From assembly GCA_964624705.1 (NCBI GenBank), contig CAZUYQ010000035.1, forward strand, positions 1,599 to 39,538: DNA of 37,940 bases, read 5' to 3'. The stretch comes from an uncultured Polynucleobacter sp. (GTDB lineage Bacteria > Bdellovibrionota_B > Oligoflexia > Oligoflexales > RGVZ01). Positions 25,360-34,824 of this stretch are shown here, one piece after another. The first letter of the stretch is position 1, and each line of letters opens with the position of its first letter. The position numbers were made by a program, and so were the translations under genes. The notes beneath the pieces are model-generated. The model saw only the letters and a list, made by a program, of their open reading frames with translations, made no database searches and was not told where the DNA came from.

Positions 25360-26793
25360 ATGAAAACAAAGACTAACCCCCCGCGGCGGATCGGATTCAA
25401 AAGCACCGTTTTGAGCCAATTAGTAACTGGGATCGCCGTGTCGATGTTTTTGACACCTGTCACGAATGCTAACGTTGTTGGTTCAGACATGCAGATCTTT
25501 AACCCAACCACCGATGGCCTCGACTTTATAACTGTCGAATCATCGGAGACATTGCTACCTGGTTTTGTCAATTTCGGATTCTTTATGAATTACGCGGTCA
25601 ACACTCTCCCCTATTTCGAGAATGATGGACAGCAACAAACTAAATCTCAATTCAATGACAAACTGTTAGCTGCAGATATTAATGTTGGTGTTGGTGTTGC
25701 AAAGAACCTGAGCATTGGCTTGAGCTTGCCGCAAATTCTAACTCAATCCATTACGACAGATGGCTACAGCGGACGTTTCCGTGATAACGGTAACACCGAG
25801 ATTCGTGGAAACGTTAAGTATCGACTTCTTGGCGATCAAGATGGTGGTATCGCAGTTGGTGGCGTCGTAAATGTTAACAGGACCACAGATAATCCATATG
25901 TGGGTGATCCTGCACGGCCGATTTATACTGCGCAGCTTATCGGTGATAAAAAAATTACCCGTGAACTAACCCTTGGTGCCAACATTGGATACCGCTGGCG
26001 TAACCCGGGCGCAGCACTGAAAGATGCAGCTCCGATTAAGCCACTTCCAAATCAATTTATCGAGTCGGTAGCTGCAAGCTATCATATCGAAAGCATCGAT
26101 TCAAAAGTGATCGCTGAAATTTATGCGAGTCAAGCTGCGGCGACGGTCGATAAAAATGGCGATCGTACCGCTGCCTCGAACGAGGCACTGCTTGGACTCA
26201 AACATGATGTAAACACCAATCTCGCGATTCACGGTGGAATTGGGACTGAATTACAAAACGGAATTTCGACTCCCGATTGGCGTCTCTACGCTGGTGTTAA
26301 CTGGTCCATGGGGCCGAAATTTTCTGAGCCACAGCGCGTCACTCATGATGGCGACGCCCCCGCTCCGGCAGAGAAACCCTTCTCAGGACCACCGAAGTCT
26401 TATGAGCGTGTGATTGTTCATGACATTTTGTTTGAGTTCGATAGTTCAGACAACATGGTTGGCCCAAGCAAAGACACTTTGGCTCAACTCGCGAATTACT
26501 TGAATCAACCACCAGTCTTCACAAAATTGATGGTGATTGGACATACGGATTCGATCGGTTCTGCATCTTACAATGAGAAACTTAGCCAGAAACGTGCGAA
26601 CACAATCAAACGTTGGCTGGTCGATCACCATCATCTCGACGGAAGTAAAATCGTCGCCGAAGGTCATGGTGCGAAAGAACCTGTATCAGCAAACTCGAAT
26701 TATCAGGGCCGACAATTGAACCGTCGCGTTGAATTTAGAATCTACCGCGATAAGGTTAAAGGTGCTGAGACGTTTGAGCTGAATAAGAATTGA
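25360..26793 (+). CDS. OmpA-family outer-membrane protein (beta-barrel N-domain plus OmpA_C peptidoglycan-binding domain)
   Basis: Signal peptide. The C-terminus carries FEFDSS...GHTDSIGSASYNEKLSQKRANTIKRWL...NRRVEFRI. Confidence 0.85.
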   Translation: MKTKTNPPRRIGFKSTVLSQLVTGIAVSMFLTPVTNANVVGSDMQIFNPTTDGLDFITVESSETLLPGFVNFGFFMNYAVNTLPYFENDGQQQTKSQFNDKLLAADINVGVGVAKNLSIGLSLPQILTQSITTDGYSGRFRDNGNTEIRGNVKYRLLGDQDGGIAVGGVVNVNRTTDNPYVGDPARPIYTAQLIGDKKITRELTLGANIGYRWRNPGAALKDAAPIKPLPNQFIESVAASYHIESIDSKVIAEIYASQAAATVDKNGDRTAASNEALLGLKHDVNTNLAIHGGIGTELQNGISTPDWRLYAGVNWSMGPKFSEPQRVTHDGDAPAPAEKPFSGPPKSYERVIVHDILFEFDSSDNMVGPSKDTLAQLANYLNQPPVFTKLMVIGHTDSIGSASYNEKLSQKRANTIKRWLVDHHHLDGSKIVAEGHGAKEPVSANSNYQGRQLNRRVEFRIYRDKVKGAETFELNKN

Positions 26794-26880
26794 AGAAGAA
26801 ATTTGATGATCCTCGTTGTTGTTGATGCTGGAAAAAATTGTTGCTGAAGCTGATGTTGAAGTAGAAAAAAGGAGTGACTT

Positions 26881-27822
26881 ATGAATTCGCTGAAAAATTC
26901 AAACAAATCAAATTTAGTCGGGGTTGCGATCTTACTTGCGATTGCCCTGGCATCATGTAAACAAGCCGGCTATCAGGTTTTACAGCCTGGATCGGACTCA
27001 CCACAGAACTTCCAGGGCGGCGGCCCTGCTGCACCCACTGCTAGGATCGAAGCGATGGATAACGGTGTGTCCGTCACCTGGACTTATGTCGGTAACAAAC
27101 TGGATATTCGCCCAACCCTTGATACGCTTGATCCAAATTACGTTGGTGTTGTTCAGTGCGACAATCCTGGGATCATTCAAGCGTCTTATGATCTTGGCAA
27201 CGGTCAAAAGCCAGTTGTTGATCGCAATGGCTGCACAAGTCTCGCGGCGGCTGGTCAAGTATTTACTCAAGCCGGCGAGTATGTTGTTCAGATGCAGGTA
27301 AAAAGCCAAGATAACGAAGTTGCATGGGCGTCGATGACTTTGCGAGTTCTTGATCGCGGAATTACGAGAGCCCAAGTCGAAGGTGGTTTTACTATCCATG
27401 CAAAACCGATTCTTACCGCAGTGAATCAACCAGTCGTCTTTACCGGAATTTGCGAACTAAACGGTCAATTGACCATTAGCTGGGATTTCGCTGACGGTGC
27501 AAAAGCAGACGGTGCAGCACTTCAGCATACTTATTTGCAAAACGGTCAATACCGTGTCACGGCTCTTTGTAAAAGCAATACCGGCCGGACCATGCAAGCT
27601 TCGCTTACCGTCGTGGTCATGACAAATCCCCCTGCAGTTCCTGATGTTGCGATTCCGATACCTGCTAACAACCCAAACTTGCCTCCGGCTATTATCACAC
27701 CACAACCATGTGATCAAAACCAAGGCCCATGTAGTACGAAGGTTCCAACTCAGCAAAATACGAAAGTGATCACTTACGGTTCAGATTGTACCTGTTACTC
27801 GGACTACTATTACAGATACTAA
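26881..27822 (+). CDS. Lipoprotein with PKD-like domains
   Basis: Lipobox LALAS|C. WDFADGAKADGAALQHTYLQNGQYRVTALC is a PKD signature, and an earlier segment looks like a second, degenerate copy. Pro-rich linker and a Tyr/Cys-rich C-terminus. Confidence 0.65.
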   Translation: MNSLKNSNKSNLVGVAILLAIALASCKQAGYQVLQPGSDSPQNFQGGGPAAPTARIEAMDNGVSVTWTYVGNKLDIRPTLDTLDPNYVGVVQCDNPGIIQASYDLGNGQKPVVDRNGCTSLAAAGQVFTQAGEYVVQMQVKSQDNEVAWASMTLRVLDRGITRAQVEGGFTIHAKPILTAVNQPVVFTGICELNGQLTISWDFADGAKADGAALQHTYLQNGQYRVTALCKSNTGRTMQASLTVVVMTNPPAVPDVAIPIPANNPNLPPAIITPQPCDQNQGPCSTKVPTQQNTKVITYGSDCTCYSDYYYRY

Positions 27823-27872
27823 AATATCCAGGCATACTAGAGGTTCTCCCTCGATTGGATCAAGAAACTCAG

Positions 27873-27905
27873 TTATCCTTAGTCTCATAACAAGACTAAG
27901 GATAA
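27873..27905 (+). terminator. Perfect 13-bp hairpin (terminator/attenuator)
   Basis: TTATCCTTAGTCT (27873-27885), loop CATAACA, AGACTAAGGATAA (27893-27905), then AGTTTTA. It sits 10 nt before ATG 27916. Confidence 0.55.
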
Positions 27906-27915
27906 AGTTTTAACG

Positions 27916-29889
27916 ATGCAAAAAATTAACATGACTCGCCTCGGTATCGCTTTAGCACCCCTCTTAGCGATATTTTTATCTTGCTGGCTCATTCAAATAC
28001 CAGCTTGTCAATCCGCACTGACAGGGTTGGAGCATGGATACTGGCTAGGAAAACTTGGGGTTACTGCCGCACTTATAGCCGTATCGTACTGGTGGATCGA
28101 TCTATCATATCGCCTCGGATTGTTATTCGATCACGTTATGCCAAAATCTATAAAACCAATTCCTGCCGTCTTTTCTTGGCTTGCTGGGGTAGGATTTCTA
28201 GCGTTCTTAGTTTTTGCCATAGCACACGCTCAGATACTTTATTTTTTGACGTTAGTCCTTATGACTCTTTTTATCGTCATTCTAAGCGAAGCGAAGAATC
28301 CCCCTAAAGAACGGGAACGAATAAAATTCTTCGCTCCGCTCAGAATGACTGTTGCTCAGTTCGGAATAGCGGATGCATTTTTACTCGCACTCATAGCTTT
28401 ATATACGATACCAAAGTGGATCGAATCCTTTCTTCCTAACGGACAGGGTGACCCTCTCTATTATCACGCATACAGTGCTTGGCAATGGTCCCAAGCAGGG
28501 GGATACAAATTCGATCCGTGGTTTCCCTGGTTTCTTCAGGGTGGAATCATGGAGTATATGTTTAGTGCGTTTGGAGTGATTCTAAAAAATCCACTGGCAT
28601 TGCTCATCGCTTCACAAATTTTTCATGCCACAGTAAGTATTTTATTTGGCGGTATCGTGGTTTATCAACTAAGCCAGTTATTTGTAAGGCGCCGTGTTTT
28701 TAGGCTTCTTGCAGTTCTTGCTTTTTTAACAATTGCCCGTGATCCGCTCGTCGTAATTAGAGCCAAAAACGATGGGTTTATTGCCATATTCTGCCTGGCT
28801 GCATGCTATGGCTTCTTCAGATATATACGATCAAAAAATGCTCATTGGCTTCTAATCGTTACTATATTCTCCGCCATGGCACTCCTCACTAAACACACCG
28901 CACTCTTCGTACTAATTCCTCTTGCATGCATTTTATGCTTTTATCTTGCGTGGTATAGACGAAAATCTGATGCAAAATCGTTGTTCTTATTTACGATCGC
29001 CACACTGCCCTTTGGTATGCTCATCTTGCTGCGAAATTTCGTCGAAGCCGGCTCGCCTGTGTTTCCAGCTATGACGCATTTAAGTTTCTTCCATTCGCCA
29101 TTTATTAATGACGAGATCGCAGCAAATGCCGCAAGATTTGTAGGCACAAATCTTGCGTTCTGGCCAGAATTTTTAACGGCATTTAAGAGTTATGCACTAT
29201 CAAAACCATTTTTTATATTTTCGTTTTTTTCGCTATTTTTGATCCACAAAAAACTGAACAGGTTCCTATTGATCTTGACTTTTGCAATCATGGCGATAAC
29301 GGCCCAACTAGCAGGTGGCGACCCTATTAGCGACCGATTTGCCATAGCGCTTTTAGGACTATTTGCGGTAACCGGTGCCGCCTTGCTTAGCGAGATCGAC
29401 GACTACTTACAAAATAAAAAATTTCAAGTTGCCAGACTTCCTATTTTTCTCATTGCATTATGCGCTGCCCTCTATAACTCGGGAGTAGAAATCCCGATCT
29501 CAAGATTTGTAAGACGCACGCTTCCTTTTACGTTCAATCAACAAACATTCTTTTCTTATGTAGCATCTGAACGCCCCCTTTTAGTACTTACAGATTGGAT
29601 AAACGAACATTATACGGCAGGGAGGATTCTCTCTACTTTTTCCGGAGAGGGGCTTTTATTGAAAATCCCAATCATTAATTATGATTCCGAGATCCGGGCA
29701 AATACGCTTATGCACGCGAGCAACATCGACGATTTCATCCATGGAATGAAAGACCAAGGTTTTACATTATTTTTAAAATTGAATGACGGCAATGCTTTCG
29801 AGCATCATCGTTCATTTTATCCGGATTTAGAAAAGCGTCTAAAATTAGTTCGCAGCTATGAAGAATTCAGACTCTATGAATTGCTTTGA
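27916..29889 (+). CDS. Large polytopic membrane protein, possibly a GT-C-fold (ArnT/PMT-like) glycosyltransferase
   Basis: 657 aa with more than 12 predicted TM segments and a C-terminal soluble domain. The architecture resembles GT-C enzymes, but I verified no diagnostic motif. Confidence 0.35.
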   Translation: MQKINMTRLGIALAPLLAIFLSCWLIQIPACQSALTGLEHGYWLGKLGVTAALIAVSYWWIDLSYRLGLLFDHVMPKSIKPIPAVFSWLAGVGFLAFLVFAIAHAQILYFLTLVLMTLFIVILSEAKNPPKERERIKFFAPLRMTVAQFGIADAFLLALIALYTIPKWIESFLPNGQGDPLYYHAYSAWQWSQAGGYKFDPWFPWFLQGGIMEYMFSAFGVILKNPLALLIASQIFHATVSILFGGIVVYQLSQLFVRRRVFRLLAVLAFLTIARDPLVVIRAKNDGFIAIFCLAACYGFFRYIRSKNAHWLLIVTIFSAMALLTKHTALFVLIPLACILCFYLAWYRRKSDAKSLFLFTIATLPFGMLILLRNFVEAGSPVFPAMTHLSFFHSPFINDEIAANAARFVGTNLAFWPEFLTAFKSYALSKPFFIFSFFSLFLIHKKLNRFLLILTFAIMAITAQLAGGDPISDRFAIALLGLFAVTGAALLSEIDDYLQNKKFQVARLPIFLIALCAALYNSGVEIPISRFVRRTLPFTFNQQTFFSYVASERPLLVLTDWINEHYTAGRILSTFSGEGLLLKIPIINYDSEIRANTLMHASNIDDFIHGMKDQGFTLFLKLNDGNAFEHHRSFYPDLEKRLKLVRSYEEFRLYELL

Positions 29890-30094
29890 GCTAAAGGCTT
29901 GGCCCGTTTCAGGCTCGTAAACTTTTGAAGCCAATTTTATGATTATTAGCGTGAATGCATACAAAAACCATGTGTGAATTGACTCTTATTGCTCTTTATT
30001 GACTGCTATTGCCATCGTGTCGATTCATATTGCAAGGCAATCAAGCATGTGTGTAACTAAGTATGAGGTAAGTTTTTCTAAGGAGCATTACACT

Positions 30095-33000
30095 ATGAGA
30101 ATTGCAAAATGGAATCGTGCGATCTGGTTCGCTTTCATCGCCATTACTGGTGCGGCCTGGGGAAACGCTTCACAATTTCCCGGCCCACTTGGCAGCGATC
30201 CTTGGGAACATCGTCCTAATGATCCGGACTATCCAGATCTCTGGCACCTATTCTCACACTTTCCTAAAGACTACGTCGGCACCTCTTCTCCTCAGGAGCA
30301 GGCTTTAGGTTCAGGGATGAGCGTCGACAAAGCATGGCAGTTGCATACCGGATCACCAAAAACGTTGATCGCTGTGCTTGATTCCGGCGTTAAGTGGGAC
30401 GCATCCGACATCAGAGACCGCATTTATATTAATATTGGTGAGGTACCCAAACCTGCCGGTAGTAATGTCTACGATAAAAATGGCGACGGCCGCGTTTCTA
30501 TCAGCGATTATGAGGGAGACCCTCGCGTTACTGATTTAAATCATAACGAAACCATCGACGTCGGTGATTTGATTCTTGCATTTAGTGACGGAAAAGACGG
30601 CGATGGTAATGGATTCGTCGACGATATTTCCGGATGGGTTTTTCACGAATTTGAAATTGATCCTGCGGACCGAATTCGCTTTGGAAATGGTACAGGGGAA
30701 GCCAAGGACTCGGTGGGATTGGTCAACAACAGTAATGGTGGTGCAGGATCTTGCCCTGACTGCACGGTCGTTTTCCTTAGAGTGAACGATAGTTTTGTGG
30801 TAGATGCAAATTCGTTCTTCGCTGCTGTTCACTATGCGACCGATCAAGGTGCGAGCCTTATTCAAGAAGCCTTAGGAAGCCTTAATCATAATGTCTACAC
30901 TCAAGAGGCCGTGAATTATGCATGGAATCACGATGTAATCATTATCGGCAGTGCCGCCGACGAGAATAGTTATCATCATAATTACCCCGGCACCCTTGAT
31001 CCTGTAATTTACGTAAACGCTGTACGCTACGACACGGCTAATGCACGCGACGCCAGTACTTTTATGGCCTTTAACAATTGCTCTAATTTCGGTGCCCGTG
31101 TTGATGTTGCTGCTTCTGGTTTAGCGTGTTCGAGTGAGGCCACAGGAAATCTAAGCGGTATCGCGGCACTTGCTTCGAGCTATGCGAGCTCTTTAGGAAT
31201 AAAACTTACAGCCGGAGAGCTTTCTGCACTTATCAAGACAACGGCGACAGATATTAACTTTGGTTCGAATGCAAATGCCCCGAATCGTCATTCAACCTGG
31301 CAAGGCTGGGATAAAATCACAGGCTACGGTCGTGTCAATGCATTTGCAATTCTATCTGCCATACGAGATCGCCGCATCCCGCCTCATGTGAGGATTGTCA
31401 GCCCCTCGTGGTTTGAACTCTACCGGCGTGATGCTCAAGGCGCGACGACCATCTCTGTCCCCGTTACTGGAGAAGTACGCACGAGACAAAGCGAGCCCGT
31501 TCATCTAAAGCTAGAGATTGCTCGGGGCGTCGATACTAGCGCGTCTCAATGGCTGACCGTTAAAGACGATCAAAATTTTGCACCTCAATTCACAGGTAAA
31601 ATAGCCGATATCCGCTTTGATCAAATGGATCTGCTACCGCCAAATTTATTGGATACTAACGAGTATAAAAACGCTGTGACAATAAAACTATCGATCACCG
31701 GACAAAATGGACTGACTTCAGAATCACGTAGGACCATTCACCTTTTCCAATCTCAGAATTTAAAGACCGGCTTCCCCACAAAAATGCAAGGTGGTGGAGA
31801 AAGCTCGGGGTTATTTGCTGATCTAAACCGAGATGGAAAACAAGAATACCTCACTGTTGACGGAGCAGGGTTTCTGTATGCCTACACTGCAAACGGATCT
31901 GAGCTCGAAGGATTCCCAGTTGCCGCCACGGGCCTCTCTCATTATCAACACCGCAATAATCGCGGAGATCAGATTCATGCTTCTTTGTTTGCCCCTATCG
32001 CCTCAGATGATCTCGATGGCGATGGTTATCCGGAGATTGTCGTGGCTTCACTCGAAGGTCACATTACAGTTGTGACTCACGATGGTAAACTTGCCGCCGG
32101 ATCTCCGTTTCAACTACCGTTTCCTCGCATGGAAAATGCCACCGAGACAAATGTTATTGCTCAAGGAATTTTCGCGGCCCCGGTTATTGCCGATCTAACA
32201 AAATCAGGCAAAAAAGATATTATCGTCTCAGCAGCGGACGGATCTGTTTACGTCTACGATATCAACGGTCAGATTAAAAGTGGCTGGCCAATGACCATCA
32301 CCGCAGGAGGCGTCAGTGCAAAGATTATGTCTTCGGCTGCCGTCTACGATCTTAATGGCGACGGCATAAAAGATATTCTATTCGGCACTAATCATAGCGG
32401 TCGCCAAGCTGGTTATGTTTTTGCCATCGACGGTCGAGGCAATAACGCGGCTATGCCTTTATTACATGGCTTCCCAGCCCAGGTTCCACTTATTCGTGAC
32501 GCATTGCTACCAACTATCGGCACCGGGGTTCCGACATCTCCTGCGATCGCAGATGTTGACGGTGACGGAATCAAAGAAATCATTATTCATCCATTCGTCG
32601 GTAAACCCTATATTCTAAATCTCGATGGCACTCTTAAAAAATCCTTAGGTCTTCAACGAACAAAACCTGACATTTACGGTGATAAAGCTGTCATCACTGG
32701 TTTTGGCCACCCAGGCTTCGCGAATGTAACGGGCGATGGAATTATGTCACCGGTGATCCTAAGCTCCGGTAGCAAGATTCTAGTCAGCATGGTCGCTGGC
32801 GGTATGCGCGTGCCTTACAACTACTTTGTCGGAGCATGGGACGCCAGGACCAGCACGATCAACGAACAAAATCTTTATCCTATCGAAGATATTCCATTGA
32901 TGGCCTCCCCTATTGCTGCCGATCTAGATAATGATGGTCGAGACGAAATCATGGTGGGAACCGGCGGATATTTTGTCCATGCATTCTCGGACAAGGGTGA

Positions 33001-33208
33001 AATTTCAGGGTTCCCTGAATTCACTGGCGGCTGGATGCTGGGATCACTATCGATTGGAGATATGGATGGCGATGGATTCTACGATATAGCCGGCACGACG
33101 AGGGAAGGAAATGTCTTTGTCTGGAAGACATCTGGTTCTATCAAATCAAAATCAACTTGGCCTACATTCAAAGGCAATAATGCACGCACCGGTGTGCAAG
33201 GAGAATAA
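30095..33208 (+). CDS. Secreted subtilase (S8)-like protein with a C-terminal FG-GAP/VCBS beta-propeller
   Basis: Start at ATG 30095 (AAGGAG at 30080-30085). Signal peptide MRIAKWNRAIWFAFIAITGAAWG. AVLDSGV (Asp). DGDGNGFVDDISGW Ca-loop. GNGTGEA where GHGTH is expected. SAADEN. CSSEATGNLSGIAAL. At least 7 repeats of type DLDGDGYPEIVV, DLNGDGIKDILF, DVDGDGIKEIII, DMDGDGFYDIAG. Confidence 0.75.
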   Translation: MRIAKWNRAIWFAFIAITGAAWGNASQFPGPLGSDPWEHRPNDPDYPDLWHLFSHFPKDYVGTSSPQEQALGSGMSVDKAWQLHTGSPKTLIAVLDSGVKWDASDIRDRIYINIGEVPKPAGSNVYDKNGDGRVSISDYEGDPRVTDLNHNETIDVGDLILAFSDGKDGDGNGFVDDISGWVFHEFEIDPADRIRFGNGTGEAKDSVGLVNNSNGGAGSCPDCTVVFLRVNDSFVVDANSFFAAVHYATDQGASLIQEALGSLNHNVYTQEAVNYAWNHDVIIIGSAADENSYHHNYPGTLDPVIYVNAVRYDTANARDASTFMAFNNCSNFGARVDVAASGLACSSEATGNLSGIAALASSYASSLGIKLTAGELSALIKTTATDINFGSNANAPNRHSTWQGWDKITGYGRVNAFAILSAIRDRRIPPHVRIVSPSWFELYRRDAQGATTISVPVTGEVRTRQSEPVHLKLEIARGVDTSASQWLTVKDDQNFAPQFTGKIADIRFDQMDLLPPNLLDTNEYKNAVTIKLSITGQNGLTSESRRTIHLFQSQNLKTGFPTKMQGGGESSGLFADLNRDGKQEYLTVDGAGFLYAYTANGSELEGFPVAATGLSHYQHRNNRGDQIHASLFAPIASDDLDGDGYPEIVVASLEGHITVVTHDGKLAAGSPFQLPFPRMENATETNVIAQGIFAAPVIADLTKSGKKDIIVSAADGSVYVYDINGQIKSGWPMTITAGGVSAKIMSSAAVYDLNGDGIKDILFGTNHSGRQAGYVFAIDGRGNNAAMPLLHGFPAQVPLIRDALLPTIGTGVPTSPAIADVDGDGIKEIIIHPFVGKPYILNLDGTLKKSLGLQRTKPDIYGDKAVITGFGHPGFANVTGDGIMSPVILSSGSKILVSMVAGGMRVPYNYFVGAWDARTSTINEQNLYPIEDIPLMASPIAADLDNDGRDEIMVGTGGYFVHAFSDKGEISGFPEFTGGWMLGSLSIGDMDGDGFYDIAGTTREGNVFVWKTSGSIKSKSTWPTFKGNNARTGVQGE

Positions 33209-33209
33209 A

Positions 33210-34766
33210 ATGAAGAATAAAATATTTTCAACTGTTCGCGTTTTGAAGATAACTCTATGTATATTTTTGTCCACGTTTATAAATCCAATCCGCGGATTCG
33301 CAGAATCTTCTGGTTGGGTGAGTAACGGGCTGCAGGCTGGAGTCAGTCACGACGGGTTCACATGGATCAGCGCAATGTTAACCGAAAATAGTTTGCAGGA
33401 TATTTCGCACATGCCTCTTTCGGATATTGACGAGGATATGGGTGGCGGCATCCAAGGTGAATTGAGCGGACTTTCTTACGATATTGACTTTGATCATTTA
33501 GATATAAATCCCCTAAGCAATAGCGTTGCTGTGCATCTGCATATGAATTCTATTCTCGTTCGAGCAGATCGTCTAAAATTTGTTAAAAAGTCTGGAATCA
33601 CACTTCGTTCTACTTGCGAAGATGTTGAAATCAGGGCTGGTCGCTCGTCATCGGTGGACCTCTATCTGAATCTTACGCCTAGCGTTGAAAATGGGCGCAT
33701 TCGCCTCACCGAGAAGGATATTCAGTTTGACGTTGATGACGACAATTTTAAAATCGACGGCCCGCGCCGCTGCTCGGGGTCTTTAGGCATTGGAAATCTT
33801 ATTAGCGCGTCGGTACACCACGTTCTAAGTCGCTCTAAAGATAAGATGCTTGAGGCCGTCAAAGATCGAGTTCGGTCGACGATTCCTAAAATGGAAGATT
33901 CCGTAAATTCCATGCTGTCCACTTCATTTCCTATCAGTTTAGGTGGAAACCATGCACTGACAGAGCATCAACTCATGGTACGCGGTCGACCAAACTCTAT
34001 CGCAGTCAACAGTGAAGGACTCAATGCGAACCTCGATATCAGTATTGAGAAATCGATGCAAAATCTTTTTGTCGATAGCCAACAACACAATGAATTCCTG
34101 GATTTTAGAGGCCCGGATGCGATCCTAGCTTCCTTCGCACTCAAAACAGCACTTATCAATCAACTTCTTCAGTACGCTGTGCCGCAGCGTTCAAATCCAA
34201 TTACAATTGACACACAGTCGTCTCCTGCAAGCCAGATCTTTTCACGATCATCTATTTCTTCAATTCTTCCAGACCTCAATCAACTGGAGTTAGATAGTGA
34301 AGCAATCGGGGCAAGTTTAAGCTTTGATAGTCCACCTACAATCTCTACACGTACAGCTTTAGATGGCGGCATCGAGCTTCTATTCCAATGCCCAGATTTA
34401 CACATTCTTTTGAGCATCGAGAAGGGCGGCAAAGCCATCCCCTATTTTGACCTCAAAATTGATGCAAGGTTTGACATTCGTATTGCGAAAGATCCAAGTA
34501 GTAACGGACTAGCTCTAACTATACAGGCCCCTGAACATGTCATTATTGATGGCGCATGGGTGCCGGGTTATGTCCCTCAACTCAATATTTTTGAGAGAGA
34601 CGTAGCACAAGTTCTATTCTCGTCAGCAATTGAATATCTATTCGTTGCTCAGCCTGTGTTTCGCATGCAGGCGCCTCGCATCAATTTAGTTGGAGCGCAT
34701 TTTCTGGAAGTGGCATATCCGTTTGCGACTTCAGAGCTTATTGGAGTTGCGTTAAGCGGGAAATAG
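33210..34766 (+). CDS. Secreted hypothetical protein coupled to the subtilase gene
   Basis: ATG 33210 lies 1 nt after the upstream stop. The AAGGAG RBS (33198-33203) sits inside the upstream gene. Signal peptide MKNKIFSTVRVLKITLCIFLSTFINPIRGFA. No motif recognised. Confidence 0.6.
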   Translation: MKNKIFSTVRVLKITLCIFLSTFINPIRGFAESSGWVSNGLQAGVSHDGFTWISAMLTENSLQDISHMPLSDIDEDMGGGIQGELSGLSYDIDFDHLDINPLSNSVAVHLHMNSILVRADRLKFVKKSGITLRSTCEDVEIRAGRSSSVDLYLNLTPSVENGRIRLTEKDIQFDVDDDNFKIDGPRRCSGSLGIGNLISASVHHVLSRSKDKMLEAVKDRVRSTIPKMEDSVNSMLSTSFPISLGGNHALTEHQLMVRGRPNSIAVNSEGLNANLDISIEKSMQNLFVDSQQHNEFLDFRGPDAILASFALKTALINQLLQYAVPQRSNPITIDTQSSPASQIFSRSSISSILPDLNQLELDSEAIGASLSFDSPPTISTRTALDGGIELLFQCPDLHILLSIEKGGKAIPYFDLKIDARFDIRIAKDPSSNGLALTIQAPEHVIIDGAWVPGYVPQLNIFERDVAQVLFSSAIEYLFVAQPVFRMQAPRINLVGAHFLEVAYPFATSELIGVALSGK

Positions 34767-34824
34767 CGCTTGTAAGAGAACCGGGAGTCTTATAACGATG
34801 AGCAATCACGGATTTCGAGGAGGC

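Noticed and set aside
26794-26880. TTG/CTG/ATG-rich stretch between the OmpA gene and the PKD lipoprotein gene (ttgttgttgatgctg...ttgttgctgaagctgatgttgaag)
   Set aside because: It looks repeat-like, but it has no exact unit, no spacer-repeat periodicity and no stable hairpin. I treat it as low-complexity intergenic sequence ending in the AAAAGGAG RBS.
29999-30094. Upstream extensions of the subtilase ORF (29999) and of the following ORF (33111..33209)
   Set aside because: In both cases an internal ATG is preceded by a canonical AAGGAG and immediately encodes a signal peptide. The 33111 extension would also overlap the subtilase CDS by 98 nt.
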